Source: Lepidodermella squamata
Lineage: Eukaryota; Animalia; Gastrotricha
NCBI GenBank assembly: GCA_047495785.1
Contig: JBLDXI010000024.1
Span: 124,001 to 188,000, forward strand
Direction: 5' to 3'
DNA length: 64,000 nucleotides
The translations under genes were made by a program, and so were the position numbers. Of the stretch, positions 1 to 11,832 are shown piece by piece. Position 1 is the stretch's first letter, and every line of letters starts with the position of its first letter. Below the pieces are notes generated by a model. That model was not told the origin of the DNA. It worked only from the letters and a program-made list of their open reading frames with translations, and did not search any database.

Positions 1-314
1 GCCGTGCGGCCGAAAAATGGCGACCGATTAAACTGTGAAATGGTTCGATGTTTCATGTTGTTAGCCTTGTGACTTTACCGGAATGCAGCCTCTCGCTTTT
101 AATGTAAACGAAAAATGTAAATGCCCACAAGTCGATGTACTCAATTACCCAATGCAGGGGATGTATTGCATACGCCTTGGGGAATGGATTAATGAGTAGT
201 AATAAAAAATATCCCAGTATTCACCATGCGTAGTCAGCATGCCTAACAGGCTTGGCTTACTACTGCAGGATGTTCCTCTTTTTTCGGAGCGCCAATGAAC
301 AAGTGTTAACAACA

Positions 315-420
315 TGTTAACAAGTGAAAAGTGGGGTTTGGTCAATTTTCCGATATTCCCATGGAACCGCGAAAATTGCGTTAACTTGGAAACGAACGAT
401 TCTTAGGCTTTACTGAACCT
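315..420. mobile_element. Partial copy (left end) of the MITE-like family also present at 52889-53435
   Basis: tgttaacaagtgaaaagtggggtttgg...attttccgatattccc...gcgaaaattgcgttaacttggaaacgaacgattctt aligns by eye over ~100 bp with 52890-52985. Confidence 0.55.
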
Positions 421-2150
421 TAAAAAGAGGGCAGGGCTAGACCTATCCTGTTTTGCATAGTTCTTGGGCAGGCGAGCAATTTCATTTTCTGGAAATACCC
501 TTCGAAACTTTTTGAATAACTCGGAAATACAGTCATTTATATTTCCAAGTTTTAGAAATCCAGGATGCTACTACTCCCCTCATCGTGGAGATTCATCGTT
601 TCAGGTATTTGTGGAGACGATACAATAAAATGCAATAAACTAATCTCTGATATCAAGTGAGATTCCCAACTTCGATATCGATTGAGCGTGTGAGAAGTGA
701 AACGAAATTTTGAAGAAGATGGTGCATAATTTAAACTGCTTTTAGCGCGGATTTCGTAAAATTTTACCCATGACGGTGAACTTCACGGTGAAGTCCATTT
801 TCACGGCAAGCCTAATGGTTATTAATTAGTATGGTTTTGCCACCGTTCGACTCGTCGTTCTTCGATCTTATAAGCGGCATCAAGCTCTCAATTTTCTTGT
901 TCAACGGTCATGTGTAAAAAAAACTCGCATGGACTATAAAAATTCGAATGATTTATTTCATCGTCATCATCATCATTATTTTCATTTTCTACTTATAATA
1001 TTTCGACGCCCTCATCGCGCATGGCGACTGACTGCCACGCGAGGCATGGGCGAAAGATCACCAAGAATAGCTGCAAGACAAGTCCAGGCTGCCTGGTATC
1101 AATTAATAGGCGGCCAGCCGGACACGTTTCATCACCATCGAGTTGGATTTTTCAACAATAATTAAGATAACAAGATTACTAATAAAGTTACTGCAAAAGG
1201 GTCGATGGACGTGGGTCAGTTCGGCCAGTCTCTATAGCAAAAAACTGCTAATAGTACTTGTTTTTGTGTACACAATACGAACTCGCAAGTTTCACTCAGA
1301 GCTCATTCGATTCGATTGCAAACCACATGATGAGAATAACTAAAGTCTGAACCTTGGTATGAAATATATTTTCCCCAGCGACGATACATCTTCATCAGTT
1401 CAAGAGGTGTAGAAAAAAGCGGGAAAAACAGAGCGAGTAGGAATAATTATTATAATAATATGATGAATAAGAACGGAAACAGCTGTATAAACATATTAAT
1501 AAACCTTAAGTAGAGAGAGTGCGCGAACAAAATAATTCAACGTAGAGCTGGCATACCGTGTTAAAGCCGATTTTTGGAGCATTATAGCATAGCAATTTGT
1601 GCATTCATAAAAGCATTCACGATTTGTCAAAGTTAATGTACCCAATAGCGACCATGATATAACGCGATAATATAATAACAGAGTTCGGAAAAAGTTTTTT
1701 TCAATGAAGACCTTGCATAATACAATTTTCGCAGGCGGCGGCGTTGTTGTTGTTGTTATAGTTGTTTCTGTCTTAGCATCTCTAGAAATCCATCGACATG
1801 CACCGAATAGTAGCAAAGAGAGCGAAAAAATTCGAACTGAACTTGCGAATTAATCGAAAGCGGCGCGGCTGACAACAAAGACAAAAATAGCGACGGTCGT
1901 AATTGCATAAAATGACGAACGCGATCATATAATAGATAACAATGAAATGGCAGAGAACGAGATGAAGAGATAGAGAGGCGATAGCAGTAATTGCATTGTT
2001 GTCGACTGCGAGCGCGGAAAAACAACAAAACAAATCATCGCGTAGGCATCACCAGCGTACATAAATATATAATATTCGCCTATTATTTTTCGGCGTGTTT
2101 GGCCGGCAGCGAAAAGAAGAAGCCGCGCACCGGCGTGCGCGACCAAATCA

Positions 2151-5100
2151 CTACAAGGGCACATTGCTGGCCGAGGCCGCCGCGGACATGCCGTGCATCG
2201 ACGACCCGGCATACTGAACGTTGGTCTCGTTTTGGGGCGTAAAAAATATGTTGTAGTAAAACTGGATCAAGTCCTGTGAAATTAAAAAAAAATTAAATTA
2301 AATTGAAAAAAATTTGGTTTTTTTCCCTACCTCGGCTATGTATTTCTGAAGCAAAGCATGGGCCGCGACCGACCTTACGTCAGTGTGCGGGGCCATGAGA
2401 TTTGGCGCGACGACGATCGCCAGGCTCTGCAGCTCCATGCGATTTTGAGACGAGTGCTCCAGCACGTGGACGAAATGGCCGAAGAGGAAGCGCGCCGTTG
2501 AGAAGTGAACGGCCGGCAACAGGGCGAGGCACCGGCGCAGGTACGCCTCGCGCCCGGCCGGGTCGAGCGAGCGCCGCAGATCAGGCCGCGTCGCGTATTC
2601 AGTCAGTTTTTCGTACACTTCCGTCGTGATTAGCGGATCACGGAGTTCGCGGAAGAACATTTTCAACGCCCCGGTGAGAACCGCAATCTCCCACTTGTCC
2701 CACGCGATCGGCTGGCCTTGATCCACCATACACCGCAGTTTTTGAACCTGAGCCAGGTTTCCCGAGGTTCGGTACAGGCCGTCTGTATCGAGCCCGCGGC
2801 TTTCGATCTCGCCGACACAAGCCATCACAAAAGCAGGAACTTCACATCGCTCCCTTCGACATATACTGTCCAGAGACGCGCCGAATACAGTATCTATCAA
2901 AGAGAAAATTGCTAAAAATCCATCAAAAAAAATTCAAATGAATTACCTCTTATGTAGCCCTTCTTCTTCAGATCTGCAATGGTTGGCCGGCGTTTGAAGA
3001 AGCCAGTTAGCAGCTTCATCAGCGAGGTTTTCGGGGCGGAGCTCTGCTGTGATCGCGCGGCAGCAGCCGCTATCACCGACCGGTTGACTTCGTTCGAAAT
3101 TTCGTCGCTCGTCGACGCGTGCGATTCCTTCGAGTTCGGCGTCGGACTTGAAGACGAGCCAACCATCGGCGGGACGTACTTATTCAAACCGGATTGGAGT
3201 AGATGCCGCAGCCAGATCTCCGTCTGCTCCGTGCTCGGGCCTTCGATCAAATAGCCGGTGGCGACGTCGGGGAAACCGGGTGAATCGAGTGGCGGGCTCG
3301 AATTCGATGAACTAGCGGCAGCCGGCTGGGATGACGACGACGATGAGCCGCTGTTACCTGGCACAGCTAGGAACAACACGTTTTTCCGCCGCGTAAATTG
3401 CAACTTGGACGGCAGATCGTTCTGCGAGCAGACCGACCAAGGCGATGGCGACATGAGTTCCTGGTGCGGTTTCAGCAAATTACCAGCAGCCGGGGGCGGG
3501 CTCTTTGCCGCGCTTTTCTCGTCTTTGAAGAAGAACAGCCGAGGCGGTTGGGTGACGAAAACGCAGTAGTAGATTGTCCACGCCTTTTTGATACGCTTGC
3601 CATGCTCGATGATCTTCGTCCACCGGATTTGGCCGTGGTGCCGGCTCGTGTCCAGCATCGTCGGCATTTGCTGCGGGGCCCCGTTGCTGCTGCCAACGTG
3701 CAAACTCTGCGACATGACGTTTTGAGGGGCGGCAACTTGGGCCACCGCCGCCCTTCCAGTTGTCGACGTCGTGAGAGCCGGGTTTGGTTGCTGCTGTTGC
3801 TGCTGCTGTTGCTGCCCCGTCCCGAGAACCATCGACCGCCGGCCAGCGATTGCTTTCGCCTCACGAGCAAGCCGTTCGCTCAGCTCGGAAATCGGCAGCG
3901 TGGGCATCGCGTCGCTGTCCTGCTGCTGTTGCTGTTGCTGCTGCTGAGCGTTCTCGGCGTTTTGTTGTTGCGTTTCTTTCACGCTTGGCCGGTTTTTGCG
4001 ACTGCTGCTCGTCAGAATCTTGTTTCGACTCGGCGGCACAGTAGTAGCGTCGTTCTTCAATTTACCGGCCGGCTCTTGGAATGAACTGCTTTTACCGGCA
4101 TTCGACGCCGATTTGCCGCCTACAAGCACCTTACCCTCCAAATTGGAATACTGACTCATATCCAGGTGTCCGACATCTATAAATGCAATGAAACCAACAA
4201 CATGAAGACGGTGTATGGCTATTTGAAATGTAAACAAGTGAAAAAAGCAAGCCAGAACCTTGCCTAATTGAGCGTGAATAGTAAAAGCAAATAAGCATGA
4301 AATTGAGACCTTTACGCGGCTGAGAAGTACTGCCGTTGCTTGTAGTCGATGTTTCCGAGGCACTAGAAGCAACAGGCGCAGCAGCGACTGATGGCGCAGG
4401 TACGCACGGTACAACCGGCGAGGCAACGGGCGCCGACCCGCCCGACAGCGCGGCTTCGATCATTTGCCGGCGCACTTTGAGGGCCTGCAGCCCTGACCCG
4501 GCCGTGGCTATGCTGTTCGTTGTAGAAGTGGCGTTCGTTGAGGTAGACGATGATGATGCGGGTGAGTATTGCTGCGGCGGGGCCGTGACGAGCGTCGTCG
4601 GCGGATCGGCGCCGCTTTTCGTGCGAGTCCGCGCCGGGGCCGCGTGGCCGTTCGACGCCGAAGAGAACGTCGAAAGCGACTGCGTGGGCACCACCGGGAA
4701 GCTGTTCGGGCGGTTTTCGTCGGTGACTGACGGTGCCGCCGTGCTTTCGACGGGTAGCGACCGCAATTGAGCACGCGAATGATTGTTGTTGTTGTTGTTG
4801 TTGTTGACGATAGTTGATTGCGAATGATTGTTACTTAGACGATGGCGACTGGCGCTCGAAGCTGATTCAGAAAGCAAGCATGTTAAAGTAGCAAGCTCAG
4901 TACCGATACCAAAAAATCGAAACTTTCTGGCAGCTGGATTCAAGTAAAATGGCTAGTTTCTAGAAATTATTCCATTAAGAATTCGAACTTTATCTAATTA
5001 TTCATCTACATACGATTGATAACAGCGGCTGATTAAACATATGACTCATATGACTCGGAATTTGCTTCTAACTAATTACCGATTTTCATAAAGTTAAGCG

Positions 5101-5935
5101 CGAGTAATGTTAAGTTTTAAGAGATGCAGCTTAAAATTAATCCAGAAAGTTTCGATTTTTACTTTTTTGAGCAAGCATGTCATGATTCATAGCCGTATTT
5201 TAATAAGTGCTAGTGTGTTTTTTTTGTGTTACCTGGCGGAGAGCGGTATGCGCCATCGTCGAGTTCATCGTCGTCACTAGTGTAGACGCCGTCGGTCGTG
5301 GCACAAAAAAGGCTCGGTTCGAGGGCGATGGCGGTCGAAGCGTACTCGCCATACGTCACTGGTCCAGCGACCTGATCAAGCATAGCGGCGGCGTTGTCGA
5401 GATCAGCGGTGGTCAGCGATAGGCTGTTGCGGTTGTTATTCCGCGGCAGCACGTCGTCGCCTGTTTGCTCACCGGCGGGCGGATGCGCCAGGTCGTAGTC
5501 AAAGCCGTCGGACAGCCTAGCGATAAATGGAACACACACACATACACGGAGCGCCGTCAAAAGCGACGAGAGCAGGTAAACACAAACACCTTACCTGTAA
5601 AGCGCCGGCCGCAGCCTCGCCTGCGACGATGTCATCTGATGATGATGGTCGGCGATGGGCGAGGACATGGCAATGCAAAGACTCGCGTACTCGCCCGCCC
5701 CTGACGACGACGAGGCGGAGGCAACTCCTACTTGCTGCTGCTGCTGTTGTTGTCTACTCGCGGAAGCCGGGCCAGGTTTCGGTGGCTGCTGCTGCTGATG
5801 TTGTTGTTGTAATAAATAAAACGAGCTGATGACATCTGAATTGGCGTAAGTCGTCGAATCGGCCATGACTGACGGCGAGCCATTGTCGCCCGGGTGACTG
5901 CGCTGATGCGAGGAGGCCGCGTTCTTCGACGACAT
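2151..5935 (-). CDS. PH + RhoGAP domain protein, ARHGAP9/12/15/27 family; 6 exons (5935-5595, 5516-5233, 4861-4310, 4176-2947, 2893-2331, 2273-2151)
   Basis: GT-AG introns keep the frame. PH segment TKIIEHGKRIKKAW; linker FFKRRPTIADLKKKGYI|RDTVFG typical of this family; RhoGAP arginine finger GLYRTSGN, GALKMFFREL, NRM...LAIVVAPNL, ending DLIQFYYNIF. Confidence 0.9.
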
Positions 5936-6200
5936 TATGCCATTTTTGGGACAATAATAACTCCGCTGCGACTCCTTACAAGAATCAAAATAAATTACTC
6001 CTACTAAAAAAAAACAATTATATTACAAATATGTGTTTATGGAAGCACCGCAATTCAGGGGTTTCGATATATACTGACACGTAAAAAATATTTTGGGTGA
6101 AAAATTGAGATTATGAAAAATAATCATGCACAACCAGGATTTTTGTCACTTTGATCTGTTGTCTCTTTGAAGCAAGTATCAATTTGCTTGTCAGTCATTA

Positions 6201-6888
6201 TCACGCGCCGGGTTTTGGATTTAGCAGAAACGAGCACTTCTCAAAACACGGAATACCAGTCTGATAATGGTAGAGCCTTATGCCAATCATGCCGAATACA
6301 ACGGCAGCAACGCCGAGGCCGATCGACGAAAAGGCGTGAGCTGCGTTGGTCCATCGTCTGAAATCCCTCCACTGCGCGGCGAAAAAGGCCAGCCTAGCTC
6401 GCCTGGCGCAGTAGACAGCCGGCAACCCAAACACCGGATTGACGAAGCAAATCACAATGCATAAAATGTATAAACTATTGTCGAAATCTTCCAGTGCAAT
6501 TTCGCGTCGCTTGTCTTCCCTGACACTTTTCACTTCGCTCTTCTGACTGGTTTCACTAACCACAGATGCCGAGCGTTGCATAATAGGCTGAACATAGGCA
6601 ACAGGTCGGTTTCGGTCAACATCGGATATTGAACGCTCAACTTTGATATGCCTAAAAAATCATTCAAGATAGCTAATTAATGAATCCATAGAAAAAAACA
6701 ACGAACTTTGCGCCATTTTCTGTGTTCATATCTTCCATCATTATGCTCTCATCAATTTCGGCTTGAGCATCCTTCTTCGCGTGTCGTTGATATCGTTTCG
6801 TGCGTGAAATATTGCTGCTCATGCTATATAGCGAGGGAACTCTAGCGATATCAACCGTCTTCCGCCTGCCTGCATTTTCATGAGCCAT
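6201..6888 (-). CDS. CD225/dispanin (IFITM/PRRT-like) membrane protein, paralog A; exons 6888-6707, 6651-6201
   Basis: FDNSLYILCIVICFVNPVFGLPAVYCARRAR...FRRWTNAAHAFSSIG matches the CD225 pattern of two hydrophobic segments; 55-nt intron in frame. Confidence 0.75.
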
Positions 6889-7365
6889 TGATCAATTAAA
6901 TATTATGGAAGACACCTAATAAATACAAAACAACGCTGTTGAATGGCTTATCTACTAATATATTGAAATCAAATGGAATTCTTCGTTTATGGCCAAGTCG
7001 ACAGTGCACCATTTCGTAAACGAATGATAAGTCTCATTTTATAAACGTTGTTAAAATCAAGAGATTGTTATAATAATAATAAAAGAATCGAAATGCATAG
7101 TTGTTCGTATTATAAACGAGAGGTGAGAAAGCAGACAGAATAGGCACTGCGATTATGTTTTACAGCCCATCGCCCGGCTAAAGATCGTATTTTTTGTTCA
7201 GTGGCTGATGATTGCAATTGTATACATTAATAAAGATAAAACAAAATGTGCTGAAAAATAATACACAACCGAGTGTTCATATTGCAACTATACGGAGGCA
7301 GATAGTTAAACCCAGCAGAGTGCCATTTTAAAAATTAAAGACCTTCCCTATACAAATAGAAAACA

Positions 7366-8201
7366 CTATGCGCCGCCGCGATTTTTGTTCAACTCGTCCC
7401 AGAAGCCCTGCCAATTGAATTCGTTGTTCGTCAAAAACGAGCACTTGTAAAAGCATTGAATGCCCGAGTACATGTGATATAGCTTGATACCTATCATGCC
7501 AAAGGCGATTGCAGATAACCCGAAGCCGATAGACGAGAATGCATGTGCAGCCATGGTCCATCTCCTGAAAGCTTTCCAACTTGCTGCAAAAAATGATTGT
7601 TTTGCTCGATATGCACAGTAAGCAGCAATCGGTCCCATAACCGGATTGATAAAACAAGACACGATGCATAAGATAAACAAGCTATTGTCAAACTCTTCCA
7701 ATACCACCTCAGTGCTAGAACCTTGGCCTGAGGTACCCTGACCAGCATAGGCCGTAAAATCTGATGAACTCGATGAAGTAGCTTTTCGCATATCGCTTTT
7801 ATCAGGCATTGTTGGTATTCGAGCTTCACTGTTTCTACGGTTGACATCAACAGCAGATGGCGATCTATGAACTATCGGCTGCACATAAGCGACCGGTCGA
7901 TCTCTGTCTAAATCCGTCGTTGAACGCTCCGGGGAATATGTTCGGCGATTGCTACAACGCAAAGAAACGAATAGTGGAATATTACTAATAGCAATAAATC
8001 AACCAACCTGACATCGGAATTCCATTGATCTACAGCTCCCATCATTATACTTTCAGATGTGACTGGAAGGCCATTTTGATAATCAGAAGGGCGACGTTGG
8101 TATCTTTTAGTCGGCGATACGTTGCCACTTATGCTGTACAGCGATGGAACACGAGTGACCTCCGAAGATTTCTGCTTACTTTTTCGACTTGCATGAGGCA
8201 T
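7366..8201 (-). CDS. CD225/dispanin membrane protein, paralog B; exons 8201-8008, 7951-7366
   Basis: Same CD225 pattern (FDNSLFILCIVSCFINPVMGPIAAYCAYRAK); shares RVPSLYS, ESIMM and RPVAYVQPI motifs and a phase-2 intron at the equivalent position with paralog A. Confidence 0.75.
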
Positions 8202-8501
8202 TATATTTCAACATAAATTCTACAAAAACAAAAAGATCGTCATGTCGAAACCCTCAATTTATGCAAACATATTGCAGACTCTCGCTGACACCTCAAAACG
8301 ATCATTAAATTGAAAATAAAGGCAACCCAGCCCATTCGATTAACCTGAACTTCATCCTATAAGTTATTTGAGCATCAAAGTTAGCCAGCTTCAGAAAATA
8401 TTAGACAAAAGACGACATAACATTTTTTAACGAGTGAGGAAAATAAACATTTCGTATAACCGGATTCATTGAAACGTCACCAATCGATTATAGAAAGCCA
8501 T

Positions 8502-9146
8502 TCACTCGACGAAACGCTGAGACATGAAGTTTTGATTCGGTTCCTTGATGAAACCAAACTGAGAGTAGAAAGATACGAGCGGGTCTTTACATTCCAGAGA
8601 AATCTTATAGCAGTTGACGTCTTTCGCTAACTCCACCAGAAATATCAACAACACTTTGGCCAAATGCTTCCCACGATATTCTTTGTCGACAACTACATCT
8701 TCGATGCGGCCGCGGATGCCACAATCCCGAATGAATTTATACTCCAATGTGAGGCTAGCCGAACCAATAACACGACCAGTATCGTAATCTTCAAGGACGC
8801 AGACATAATAAACAGCAGGAGCTTTTGGCCCTTTCTGCATGATCGCAAATCGCTCGCCAAATCGTTCAGGGGAAATCTCACCAATAACAGTGAGCTGTTT
8901 CAGCAGTTCCAAATAGCCTTTATCGTAATCATTCCTCTCCAACGGGCGTAAAATGAGTCGACAATAGTCATCAATATTGCCGTTGGAAAATCCGTTTGCA
9001 GTTGTTACATGCAGCTTTGCCTTGTTAGCATCAAATACCTTTTCCTCTGCTTTGACAGCAGTTCCCTCCAAGATTCCAACCGGAAATAAATAGTCACCTT
9101 TCTTTTGCTCGTCAATCGACAGCAAGGATATATGAACTGAACTCAT
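8502..9146 (-). CDS. GNPNAT1: Glucosamine-6-phosphate N-acetyltransferase (GNA1), single exon
   Basis: LRPLERNDYDKGYLELLKQLT, EYKFIR, RGRIEDVVVDKEYRGK, CYKISLEC, FYSQFGF are GNA1/GNAT signatures. Confidence 0.95.
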   Translation of the reverse strand: MSSVHISLLSIDEQKKGDYLFPVGILEGTAVKAEEKVFDANKAKLHVTTANGFSNGNIDDYCRLILRPLERNDYDKGYLELLKQLTVIGEISPERFGERFAIMQKGPKAPAVYYVCVLEDYDTGRVIGSASLTLEYKFIRDCGIRGRIEDVVVDKEYRGKHLAKVLLIFLVELAKDVNCYKISLECKDPLVSFYSQFGFIKEPNQNFMSQRFVE

Positions 9147-11832
9147 CGCAGGTATAACTTGATGATGTTATAGTAGCTCTAAATATTACAAATTCAGTAG
9201 GAATTATCAGACGCTGGACATGACAGTGATTCCCAATTAGACCAAGTAGTAAAAACTACACTTTCAGGGAAAGCGGGCCGCCGCCAGTTTAAATTGAGCT
9301 ATCAATCGTAATATTGAATCAAGAATGAAGAATGAGTACACATGACTGTGTAACAATTGGCATTCCAAATCCCTAACCCAATCCCAAACAAAACTTGCCA
9401 AAAGCTAGAAATGCAGTGCGGTTTGAGGTTTGAGGTGAGAATTCAGATCCGTAACGTGTAATGCACAACCCCCTAGTTCCTTGAGCCTCTATGTTTGGCA
9501 TCAAGCATCAAGCATAAGTCCTCTGTGTGGACTCGGCCCAAGTTCTAATCATTCTTGCTTGAATTCCGGGGGCCCAAAATAAAAAATAAAATAAAAGCGA
9601 CATTTATTTAAAAATTGTAAAACTCACAAACTCGTTATTGGTAATAACTTACAAATTTATATATTATTTGAATTTATTTTCAAAGTTAAAAATATAATTT
9701 AATCGCATGTGATTGCCACAAAATTTGAAGTTTGCAGTTGTTTCCACAGTCTGGATCGAGATAACAGTTTAAAGAGTTTTAAGTTGATAACTAATCACCG
9801 TGGGACCGTTATAGGAATGTGATAAATACGCGCCTGAGCAGCCAGATACCTGGTGTGTGTTTTTTACTTTACCCGTGGGTAGCTCATCCGCAACACAGAG
9901 CTAACAAGCGACTAATTGAGACGTGGCAATTGATTCATCGAACGAGGGATTCGCCAGCTGATACACACCCATTGTTGCGCCACACCCTTTTTTATTTGAC
10001 AAAAGTGTGGGCCGACGCAACGTCTCTTGACCCTCGAAATGACCGAGTTTGGAAAGTGGTTAGTGACTGGCTTCGACTCCCAATTGCATAAACTCGATGC
10101 TTATTGCTCGATTTTATTTCCATGTGCCTCGATATCTTAATTTTTTGTGAAATTACACAGCTGCTTCGTTGATCATCTGACTTTTATTTTGAGCTCAGAC
10201 ATACGCCGGAGTATGTTCGCATCGATCACGATGCACACGTTCCCGCTTGAGGTTTGAATGATTTGGAAGCTTTCATTTGGCAGTTGGAACCAGTGCTGTG
10301 ATCGATGATGATCAATCTTACAGCACGACAGAGTCTCATATGCCCGTGCATTATCAATCGTCCTTGAGAAAGGCTGCAGTCGTTCCAAGCCTGCCAGATG
10401 TATATTTGCCATGTCAAGTGACTCAATCCCTTATTATTCAGTATCTGCATAAACTATCGTCTTCGAATCAGTCAAAACAACACGAGCGTTTCTCAAGCGA
10501 ACAAAATTTTATTTACTAAATTCTCAGAAACAATAATTCCCATATGTAAATAGCAGGTCGTCGAACTCTTTTTGTACAAAATGACTTAATAACAACCTTG
10601 GTGTTGCCAGCATAGGCAAATGCTTAAAGCAAGCAGATAAGCGGAAGAAAACTAGTTAAACGATGGAGACAGCAAGGACGTCGGAGCAATAATTGGAAGG
10701 TGAAATGGCTGCGGCAGGGAAATTCTGCCACGACCACTCCACCAGCTTAGCATTCAGATTTCAATTGCCTGTAACAAATAAACTAGAATCAGCACGAAAA
10801 CTACTTTGAAAGTAAGATCTCAATAGATATTTTATCGTAATTAGTGAATGCTAAAGTTCATTCACAGTCGGTGATCAGCAAATAATTTTTATTATATTTG
10901 AAGAACTAGAGTATAAGTAATTTCCTTATCCGAATGATAGAATTGACAACAGCCGAAGTAAAGCCACAACAAGACATCAGCATCAGAATGTATCAACAAC
11001 AAGAATTACAACCAAAGTTCGTTGTTAAAAAGAAACATAAAAAATTAGACATTGTTGCATAGTACTAAAATGTGCGAGATAAAGTATTCATCAGAGAGAA
11101 ACAACAAAGAAATTGGTCCTTTCAGTTATGCACATCCACAACAAATCCAGCAACCGATTCTTCAATTCGACAACAATTTTCGTTGAACAATGAGCTTTGT
11201 TCTCACAGTTGGATACCAGGTAAAGGTAATTTCAAAAGATTAAATTCATCATCTGAGCTGAGAATATCATAAAATTTACAGCTTTATAAAATTCGAGAAG
11301 CGCTGTTAAGTTGCGATAGCGAGGCCACGTAGCCATGATTGCCAACTAGGATATTTACAGCTGAATGCAACATGTTAACCCAACTTGTCCGTTAAAAAAA
11401 TCGGGGGACCTTGTTCATTTGAACAAGCTTTGTGACACAAAAAAATGAAATCATAAAATTAATTTCAGATTGCAAATAGAATATAAACATGAACAACGGA
11501 TGAAGGGGAAGTCTTTATAAAATCGCCGCAACGGTAGATTAATAATATTATCGATATAATAATGATAGTTTAACCGAGTGGAACCGAATTTGTTTTGAGA
11601 TGCACGCGATAGAAGAATCGAAAATGATATGACACAAGCAACCGACTGCTGGGCGGCAAGCACAGGAAATGATAATAAGGCGGGTATTACAGTGACACAC
11701 AAACACACTCATACAGCACACACTGCAGCAATAAGGCAAGCGCTAAGCGCGACGGCCGGCAGCGAAGTAGCATTTTGAAGTAATGGCACATGTTGAATGA
11801 AAATTATGCGACTTTTCGAAGCGTTTTGATTC

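Noticed and set aside
3785-3950. (CTG/CAG)n tracts here and at ~5730-5810, 23690, 61080
   Set aside because: Ordinary polyQ or UTR microsatellites, not CRISPR or a structured array
2979-4770. Several plus-strand ORFs (e.g. 3398-4084, 4336-4770)
   Set aside because: Antisense shadows of GC-rich, CAG-repeat RhoGAP exons; no domain motifs
8502-9146. Intronless GNPNAT1 as a possible retrogene or HGT
   Set aside because: Sequence is typical eukaryotic GNA1, with no polyA tail or TSD; long exons also occur elsewhere in this window (kinesin motor exon)
9365-9440. ccctaacccaatccc and gtttgaggtttgagg telomere-like words
   Set aside because: Too few, imperfect units for an interstitial telomeric array
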